64,000 nt of DNA from Candidatus Woesearchaeota archaeon (GTDB taxonomy: Archaea > Nanobdellota > Nanobdellia > Pacearchaeales > GW2011-AR1): positions 178,523-242,522 of the forward strand of contig CAZETU010000001.1 of NCBI GenBank assembly GCA_964514585.1, given 5' to 3'. A model generated the notes under the pieces. It did not search any database, was not told the origin of the DNA, and saw only the letters and a program-made list of their open reading frames with translations. A program made the translations under genes and the position numbers. Below are positions 57,364-64,000 of this stretch, one piece after another; within the stretch, counting starts at the first letter, position 1; each line of letters opens with the position of its first letter.

Positions 57364-59277
57364 ATGAAAAAGACAGGGGTGATGATAGTGCTATTCTTAT
57401 TAGTATTCTCATTAGTCCCACTAATTCTCTCAGCAGAAAACGACACATGTGAAGCAAACGAAGATTGCGGAACTGGAGAAATATGCGACAACGAATTATG
57501 CATCATCGAAGACGACACAACAGATGACGATGACGAAACAGAATCCCAACAAGACCCAGAAAAAATTGACGAAGCCTTTCTTTGTCTAGAAGATAAGGCC
57601 GACGATTGTTCAGGGTTAACAACTCAAGAAATCGCACTAACAATACTAGCAACTCCAGACAACATATTCGACGACTGCGTAGAGGAATTAATCGACAAAG
57701 AATCTTCAGATAACTGGGGAAACGTCCGAGACACCGCACTAGCAATCATAGCCCTAAAACACGCAGGTGAAGACACAACCGACTACGAAGAATGGCTACT
57801 CGAACAAGAACAAACCCCAACAGAATTAATCTGGTACTTGCAAGAAGATTCAAACGAACAAACAGAATGCCACATCGGCTACGACGCAAAAGATTACCTA
57901 ATAACAATAGGTGAAAACAAAAAGATCGACAAGAACGCTGGGTCATGTTTAACAAGAGCTCAATCAAACTTCTGGTTACAAATAAACTCAAACTGCTTCG
58001 AAGAAGAATTCATAATCGAATGCGACAAAGATTTCATAGCAAACCTATTATACAGAAACCAAAAATCCTCAACAATATATGTATTAGAAGGAACTGAAAG
58101 CTCTCCAGCCTTCGGATCAATATCACTATCAGTAAAATCAAAATGCTTTGGAAAAAACTCATGTGAATATGAAGCAACAGCATGGGCAACACTAGCACTT
58201 TTATTAACCGGTCACAACGTCGAAGAATTCATACCATACGTAATCGCAATGTCCGACACAAACGAAGGATACCTACCAGAAGCATTCATCTACATGCTAA
58301 CAAACTACGAAGATTATGCAAGCCAACTAGTCGCAAGCCAAAAATTAGGAAACTATTGGGAAGCCGAAAATTCTGCATACAACCGGCACTACGACACATC
58401 ACTAGCATTACTTGCATTAGGCAGCTCATCCTCATCAGAACAAATCACAAAAGCACGAGACTGGCTGTTATTTTCACAAGGTTCCAACGGTTGCTGGTCA
58501 AACTCAATAAAAGATACGGCAATGGCTTTATGGGCACTTGAAGGGCGAGCAGGACGAGCTTCATCAGGCGGCGGCGTAACATACTGTTCAGAAGCAGGTT
58601 ATTTCTGTGTCCCAACATTCGAATGCCCAGCCTCAGAAGATGTAGGAAATAATTATTTCTGTGGTTCACTTTCAGACACATGCTGTATGTCAGAAAACCT
58701 AAAAAGCTGTTCAGAATATGGCGGCTCACAATGTGAGTCAACTCAAGTCTGTGCAGGAAATTCCAGAAAATCAACAGATATAGAAACATGTTGCACAGGA
58801 GAGTGTGTAGAAAAGCCAACAGAATCAGAGTGCGAAGAGAATTTCTACACATGTATGGACGAATGCTCAGAATTTCAAGAATCAATATCAACATATTCTT
58901 GCGACGGTGTTCAAGTTTGCTGTCGAACCAAAACTGAATCAGAACCTAGTTCATCTTGGTGGATTTGGATGCTAATTATTTTAATCTTAATAACACTAGG
59001 AGCAATAGGATATATTTACAGAGAAAAAATAAAGTTATGGTGGTTTCAATTTAGATCAAAGTTCAAAAAAGATAAAGGCAAAAAAGGCCCAGGCCCAAGA
59101 CCAGGTATGCCACCAAGACCAGGCCCAGGCCCAAGACCAGGTATGCCACCACGACCTGGATTTCCTCCAGTAAGAAGGGCTCCTACCCCAGTAGCTCAAC
59201 AAAAAGGAAGACCTTACGACAGAAGAGATCCTCAAATGTCAGCAACATTCAAAAAACTCCGAGAAATGTCAAAGTAA
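57364..59277 (+). CDS. Membrane-anchored surface protein with prenyltransferase/squalene-cyclase-like alpha-toroid repeats
   Basis: NWGNVRDTALAIIAL, TAWATLALL, SQGSNGCWSNSIKDTAMALWAL; Cys-rich linker, TM, Pro-rich tail. Confidence 0.7.
   Translation: MKKTGVMIVLFLLVFSLVPLILSAENDTCEANEDCGTGEICDNELCIIEDDTTDDDDETESQQDPEKIDEAFLCLEDKADDCSGLTTQEIALTILATPDNIFDDCVEELIDKESSDNWGNVRDTALAIIALKHAGEDTTDYEEWLLEQEQTPTELIWYLQEDSNEQTECHIGYDAKDYLITIGENKKIDKNAGSCLTRAQSNFWLQINSNCFEEEFIIECDKDFIANLLYRNQKSSTIYVLEGTESSPAFGSISLSVKSKCFGKNSCEYEATAWATLALLLTGHNVEEFIPYVIAMSDTNEGYLPEAFIYMLTNYEDYASQLVASQKLGNYWEAENSAYNRHYDTSLALLALGSSSSSEQITKARDWLLFSQGSNGCWSNSIKDTAMALWALEGRAGRASSGGGVTYCSEAGYFCVPTFECPASEDVGNNYFCGSLSDTCCMSENLKSCSEYGGSQCESTQVCAGNSRKSTDIETCCTGECVEKPTESECEENFYTCMDECSEFQESISTYSCDGVQVCCRTKTESEPSSSWWIWMLIILILITLGAIGYIYREKIKLWWFQFRSKFKKDKGKKGPGPRPGMPPRPGPGPRPGMPPRPGFPPVRRAPTPVAQQKGRPYDRRDPQMSATFKKLREMSK
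59086..59157 (+). repeat. Two-copy 36-bp tandem repeat encoding GPGPRPGMPPRP
   Basis: GGCCCAGGCCCAAGACCAGGTATGCCACCA(A/C)GACC(A/T) twice. Confidence 0.9.
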
Positions 59278-59324
59278 TTCTCCTCGGGCAAAGGATTTAT
59301 TAATCCCGAAAACCTTTTCTCCAA

Positions 59325-60629
59325 ATGAGGTGCGTAGCAATTTTGTTATCAATATTTCTAATATCCATGGCATCAGCCCTTCCTTTATTAGAATTCCAAC
59401 ACGAACAAACTCAACCAGGCGAAACAATTCTTGCAGCAATTACAACAACAGGAGAATTCTCAGAAGAAATAAGCAATGACCAGGTCAAATTCTACGAAGG
59501 CCGAAAAGAAATATTTTTAGAATCAGGCATAAAATTCTACGAAGACACTCATTACTTATATGTTTATACGACAAGAGAAGGAAACTTTTCAATGAAAATC
59601 TCAAATATATTATACACAGAGAAGGGCGAACTAAAATCAACAACAATCACAACACCTCTACTTATTCAAACAAACGAATTAACAGACGACAACACTACCT
59701 ACACTGAAATCCTATCAATAAAACCAGGAGTAGTAATAGCAAACCCAGAAGCAAAAGTAAAACTAATAAACAAAGGAACCTCCCCTATAGACGTAACTTA
59801 CGACGAAAACGAAATAACGATACAGCCACTCCACACAGAAGAAATAATAACATATCCACAAAAAATATTCTCCGAACTAAAAATTTCAACATACAAAGAT
59901 TTTACAGTTTCAATAATATACCCAACATTTAACTCAAGCCTAAATGAAACACCATTTATAGAAGAAAAATTCGATCTTAAACACGACCCAGACTTACTTT
60001 TTGCAGAGTTAATCGTAGATAACGACACAACAGAAACAATTCAACTTTTCAACTTCGGAAACGAATCAATAACAAATATGGTGTTCGTAACAGATATAGA
60101 CTTCATAGAAATCAAAACAATAGAAAACATGACAGGAAAAGAAATCCACAACCTATCACTCTCATTCTCACCAAACTATCCAGGCCACATCCAAGGCGAC
60201 ATCAATATAACATACACACAATACGATGAAGAAAAAACAATCTCAATTCCACTCAGTATATTCGTCCTACCAAAAGGAAGCACAGTAGAAGACTTCAACG
60301 TCACCGAAGAAACTTGTTCCGACCAATTCGGAATAGTCTGTGCAGATAGTGAAGTCTGCGACGGCAAAGCAATCTTCACCAAAAAGCAAGACTCAATAGA
60401 CCGAGAATATTGTTGCCTAGGAAGTTGCCTTCCAATAGAAACAGACGAACCAGGAAGCGGCGGTTGGGGTTGGCTAATTGGACTAGTCATTTTAATAATT
60501 CTAGGAGCAGGTGGATTTTACTTCTACAAAAAATCAAAAGGGATCAAGCAAAAAACTCCAGATCAACAAATCAAAGAAACTACAGACAAATATTCGAAAA
60601 GATTAACTGGCGGACTAGAGCGAGGATAA
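59325..60629 (+). CDS. Membrane-anchored surface protein with Ig-like and Cys-rich domains
   Basis: Signal peptide, beta-rich body, CSDQFGIVC...YCCLGSC, C-terminal TM. Confidence 0.8.
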   Translation: MRCVAILLSIFLISMASALPLLEFQHEQTQPGETILAAITTTGEFSEEISNDQVKFYEGRKEIFLESGIKFYEDTHYLYVYTTREGNFSMKISNILYTEKGELKSTTITTPLLIQTNELTDDNTTYTEILSIKPGVVIANPEAKVKLINKGTSPIDVTYDENEITIQPLHTEEIITYPQKIFSELKISTYKDFTVSIIYPTFNSSLNETPFIEEKFDLKHDPDLLFAELIVDNDTTETIQLFNFGNESITNMVFVTDIDFIEIKTIENMTGKEIHNLSLSFSPNYPGHIQGDINITYTQYDEEKTISIPLSIFVLPKGSTVEDFNVTEETCSDQFGIVCADSEVCDGKAIFTKKQDSIDREYCCLGSCLPIETDEPGSGGWGWLIGLVILIILGAGGFYFYKKSKGIKQKTPDQQIKETTDKYSKRLTGGLERG

Positions 60630-61106
60630 TTATTTCTTTTTCTTTTTGCTAGTAACCTTCTTCTTAGCAACCTTCTTCGGCTTCTCTTTCTCCTCTAACT
60701 TCTTCTGAGCTTCTTGCAACTGCGCATTAAGCTGATTAATCTTAATGTTAGCAATCTTTGCAATCTCATCATAACGATGCATTCGTCCAGAAATATTATT
60801 CAACAAAGCAGTAGCTTCAACCATATCCATCGTAACCTTCCCAGGCTCAATCACCTCAACCGAACTCGGCATAAAATCAAACATCGTCTCAGCCAACCGA
60901 CCAAAATTAGGCGTCTCAAAATCAGCCTCGGCAAAACAAGTAAACATATCCCTATGTCCCTCAATCTCCTTAGGCTCACTAAGCTTAATCGAATGAACCT
61001 CTATATCATTAACCTGATTCAAAATCCCAATATGTTGCGACAAAGCCTCTTTCAAATGACTCGCAGGCCGCCCCGCAATCTCAACAATCATAATAGCTCT
61101 TACCAT
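60630..61106 (-). CDS. Conserved hypothetical protein
   Basis: 158-aa ORF, IMIVEIAGRP start, coiled coil and Lys-rich end. Confidence 0.75.
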   Translation of the reverse strand: MVRAIMIVEIAGRPASHLKEALSQHIGILNQVNDIEVHSIKLSEPKEIEGHRDMFTCFAEADFETPNFGRLAETMFDFMPSSVEVIEPGKVTMDMVEATALLNNISGRMHRYDEIAKIANIKINQLNAQLQEAQKKLEEKEKPKKVAKKKVTSKKKKK

Positions 61107-61130
61107 GAATCGATAAACCCAATTCCCCTT

Positions 61131-61730
61131 TTAACCTTTTCCCCAAATCAAAACCGCAACGACAAAAATCATGAACAAAGAAAAAACATAAGGCAAATAA
61201 TCAAGAGCCTTAGAATCCCTAGACTCAAAAACAACAACCTCATCCTTACTTTCACCACCAAAATCAACAACCTCCGGCTCCCAAGATTTCTTCAAAACAA
61301 TCACTTCGTCATACTCTTCAATCTCAACAACCTCCTCCAAAACCCCTACTTCCTCTTCCTCAGCCTCCTCAACTTCAATCTCAATCTCAAAAAACTCCCG
61401 CTTATCACCCTGCCTCAATTTCACAAACCCATCAAAATTCCCATCATCAGAAACCTTCAATAAAACATCTTCTTCATCCCCACTCTCAACAAATTCCTTC
61501 AAATAATAATACCCAGACTTCCACTCATCCTCATCCTCATCCCAAATCTTCAAAACAGAATCCCGCTCCTCATCCAACTCAACCTTAACGTCATAAACCC
61601 CATCACCATCAAAAACCTCCAACGAACACTCAAACTCTTCATCGACAAAAATTTCATCAGGACAATCAAAATCAATATCAACCGCAGAAACAAAAGAAAT
61701 CATCAATAGAAAAAGTAATAGATATTTCAT
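61131..61730 (-). CDS. Secreted, membrane-anchored acidic hypothetical protein
   Basis: Signal peptide and C-terminal TM. Confidence 0.75.
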   Translation of the reverse strand: MKYLLLFLLMISFVSAVDIDFDCPDEIFVDEEFECSLEVFDGDGVYDVKVELDEERDSVLKIWDEDEDEWKSGYYYLKEFVESGDEEDVLLKVSDDGNFDGFVKLRQGDKREFFEIEIEVEEAEEEEVGVLEEVVEIEEYDEVIVLKKSWEPEVVDFGGESKDEVVVFESRDSKALDYLPYVFSLFMIFVVAVLIWGKG

Positions 61731-61847
61731 ATAAAATACATAATATCAAAGCATATAAATTATCCGAAATCAATTTTACATACCAACAAATAGAAAAACA
61801 AATATTCCAGCAAAACATTTATATACTACTATTAAGTTAATACAATT

Positions 61848-62201
61848 ATGGCAAGTGATAATGATACACTTAGAAAGCTCGAAACTTTAGAAAGCTTGGA
61901 AAGCGTACCTGTTGGTAGTGAAGTTGTACTTGTACACAGAAATGGGCGTCCCGGGAATTCTTTTACAGTTCATGGTAATTTTGAAGGTGTAGATACGAGA
62001 GTAGGTGCATATGTGGATGTTACAAATCATTTAGATCTACCCATCGAGCTAAACTTTGATCCAGCATACCCCGGGAAGCTTTTAACTTTTTTAAGAGGAT
62101 TTCAAGACCCAAGATTTGAAAGAAAATCCGAATCCACGGGCTATAACCACTTTGCAAATCCCGGACCCAGATATGAAGCTTATCAAGTTGTCGAAAAATA
62201 A
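61848..62201 (+). CDS. Hypothetical protein
   Basis: 117-aa ORF with an upstream TTTATATA box; atypical composition. Confidence 0.6.
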   Translation: MASDNDTLRKLETLESLESVPVGSEVVLVHRNGRPGNSFTVHGNFEGVDTRVGAYVDVTNHLDLPIELNFDPAYPGKLLTFLRGFQDPRFERKSESTGYNHFANPGPRYEAYQVVEK

Positions 62202-62271
62202 ATTTTTTATCACTAATCCCTCATTCGTTCTTCAATGCCCCAAAAATTAACATACTCAATCTAAAGCCATC

Positions 62272-62655
62272 TTAATACATCAAAGTCCCAATAAGAACAG
62301 TCATATTAGTAATAAATCCAAGCGAGTACGCAATGGCAATAGGTTTATCCTTATGAACAATACCGTAAATGAACCAAGGAATATTAAACAAAGCATAAAG
62401 CCCCCAAGACAAACCCGACACTCCCATAGCGCTCTTATAAATAAAAATCTGTAAAATCTGAGGCAACGCAATCAACGGACCAATCACAGCAATAACAACC
62501 AAAAACCTATCTAAAAACCGAACCCACTTATTTTCATGCGGATATATCTCCAACTTTTTATGCACTCTCTTCCTTTTATGCATATGATGAATACCATTCA
62601 TAGAAATCCCTAACAAACTTTCTTTAAATAATCTCCCTACTACATCCGCCCCCAA
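62272..62655 (-). CDS. SemiSWEET/PQ-loop family small transporter
   Basis: ALPQILQIF and GVS.LSW motifs, three TMs; start may be ATG 62601. Confidence 0.8.
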   Translation of the reverse strand: MGADVVGRLFKESLLGISMNGIHHMHKRKRVHKKLEIYPHENKWVRFLDRFLVVIAVIGPLIALPQILQIFIYKSAMGVSGLSWGLYALFNIPWFIYGIVHKDKPIAIAYSLGFITNMTVLIGTLMY

Positions 62656-62711
62656 TCTAAACAGTAGAAATATCTACAATCATAAACAAAAGCAAAATCT
62701 CCAATTAGCTT

Positions 62712-63665
62712 TTATTTTAATTTTTGACATTCCTTTAAAATTTTCTCTGATAATTTCAATTTATCTTTAATCATATTTTCATTAATTTTATCAATCCCCA
62801 AAACTTTCAAAAGAATTTTTTTAAGTTCAGTTCTCTCGCTTTTTATTATCTTTTTATCAAAAGCCCACGTTACTAAACATCCCACAATAAATCTATATGC
62901 AAAAACAAAAGGATAATTTTCAAAAGTTTTTCTTAATCCCTCTATATTATACCTAATTTTTATCTTATCAAAAAAACCAAAGTTTTCGCAGCTTGGATTT
63001 TCAGACTTTTTTATTTTATTCATTAGAAGATATGCTTTTTTAAAATCCCTTAAAATCTGTTTTTCATTTTCATTTTCAAAAGTATACAATCTTTCAATAT
63101 TCTCATAGGTTTTAATTTTATATTTCCTATCAATTTTCTTCAAACTTGTCAATAATCTAAAAGTTGGAAAGGGAAAATTAAACCTTGGAGGCAAAGTGTG
63201 CATTAAAATAAATGCAGGGCTTTCGAGTCCATACAAATGATGAAAAGATTTTTCATAATCTTTATTCCTAAAAGATTTTTCTGCTGATTTCTGGTACTTT
63301 TTTGATTCTTCTAATTCATTATTAAATCTCTTTTTTGCCACTTTTTCATTAAACTTACTTTTCTTTATCTTACCTGTCTTGTCGTAAAGAATTTTTTCCT
63401 CTGGCAAAATATTTTCATTATTCAAATTTTCTATTTCAAAATAATGTTCTTCAATATATTTTCCTCCAAACCTATAAAACCTTCTTGGGTTTTTTGGCAT
63501 ATCTTTTTTCTTAACATAAAAAACTATATCAATATCACTATGTTCAGTTTCGTCTCTTCTAGCAACACTTCCTCCAAGAATGATTGCTTGAATAAAACCT
63601 TCATTAATCTTTTTATCAACTAAGGCATTGACAACCTCTACAAATTCTTCATGTATTTTTCTCAT
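62712..63665 (-). CDS. Nucleotidyltransferase domain protein with helical C-terminus
   Basis: ILGGSVARRDETEHSDIDIVFY; very AT-rich. Confidence 0.8.
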   Translation of the reverse strand: MRKIHEEFVEVVNALVDKKINEGFIQAIILGGSVARRDETEHSDIDIVFYVKKKDMPKNPRRFYRFGGKYIEEHYFEIENLNNENILPEEKILYDKTGKIKKSKFNEKVAKKRFNNELEESKKYQKSAEKSFRNKDYEKSFHHLYGLESPAFILMHTLPPRFNFPFPTFRLLTSLKKIDRKYKIKTYENIERLYTFENENEKQILRDFKKAYLLMNKIKKSENPSCENFGFFDKIKIRYNIEGLRKTFENYPFVFAYRFIVGCLVTWAFDKKIIKSERTELKKILLKVLGIDKINENMIKDKLKLSEKILKECQKLK

Positions 63666-64000
63666 CGCATTCGCCCCTCAATCTCCCCAAAATCAATATA
63701 CTCAACCCGCACCCGATTCTTCTCCTTCTCCTTAGACGCAACCAAAATCTCCGAAAAAATCCCACGATCCAAATACCATTTACATTTCTCCTTCTCAATC
63801 CTAGACAAAGTTCCATTCATCTTAACCTCAACCCCAATCACCTTATACAAATCCCCTCGCTTTTCAAAGCAAACAAAATCAGGAAACCCAGTCCCAATCG
63901 TCATCACCCCCATATTATTTCTAAACTTCCTAAAAAGCCTCTTACACGGCACCAACTTATCCTCGTCAATATCAATATTATTAGACCACTTATCAACAAC
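63662..64000 (-). CDS. PD-(D/E)xK-like hypothetical protein, 5' end beyond the window
   Basis: GFPDFVCF...IGVEVK; frame stays open to 64000. Confidence 0.6.
   Translation of the reverse strand, partial: VVDKWSNNIDIDEDKLVPCKRLFRKFRNNMGVMTIGTGFPDFVCFEKRGDLYKVIGVEVKMNGTLSRIEKEKCKWYLDRGIFSEILVASKEKEKNRVRVEYIDFGEIEGRMR

Noticed and set aside
59086-59157. 36-bp direct repeat as a CRISPR array
   Set aside because: Two adjacent copies with no spacer, in frame inside a CDS.
1-64000. Many long antisense or alternate-frame ORFs in the track (e.g. 429-1166, 9480-10313, 18599-19447, 37530-38219, 55296-56120, 60714-61463)
   Set aside because: They shadow well-supported genes, show no motifs, and are an expected by-product of the strand-skewed codon usage.
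1-64000. Alternative genetic code or stop-codon readthrough
   Set aside because: Conserved genes translate full length with the standard code and end on TAA, TAG or TGA; no in-frame stops seen in recognised genes.

Overview
Archaeal genomic DNA, most likely from a DPANN lineage (Pacearchaeota/Woesearchaeota-like). The basis is the archaeal ribosomal proteins (uL3, uL1, P0, P1/L12, uL11, L37ae, L40e), aIF5A, Spt5, RpoP, PCNA, Tyw1, an AMP phosphorylase and a fused PriS-PriL primase. The left 24 kb is mostly housekeeping genes, plus tRNA-Ser(UGA) and tRNA-Pro(UGG). About 25-62 kb is dominated by cell-surface genes: an S-layer protein, an archaeosortase-like protein with a likely substrate, six class III signal-peptide (pilin-like) proteins, and three large paralogous Cys-rich or glycine-zipper proteins. 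Most notable: (1) a compositionally foreign four-gene cassette (39367-43477) with an MccF-like S66 peptidase, two diverged class II aminoacyl-tRNA synthetase paralogues (ProRS-like, AsnRS-like without anticodon domain) and a SAM methyltransferase, a candidate aminoacyl-nucleotide synthesis or immunity system; (2) a 90-nt three-hairpin intergenic element in two copies (24378-24467, 32181-32270) in which 12 of 18 differences are six compensatory base-pair swaps; (3) a roughly 19-kb pilin-like/giant Cys-rich protein locus in which a 1262-aa protein has a split paralogue pair (593 aa + 810 aa); (4) structured leaders ahead of rpl3 and the S-layer gene, and a triplet-periodic tract encoding a 44-aa poly-Ile/Leu micro-ORF coupled to an HTH gene. 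No CRISPR array, rRNA, integrase or transposase was seen. All family calls come from motif recognition by eye; no searches were run.
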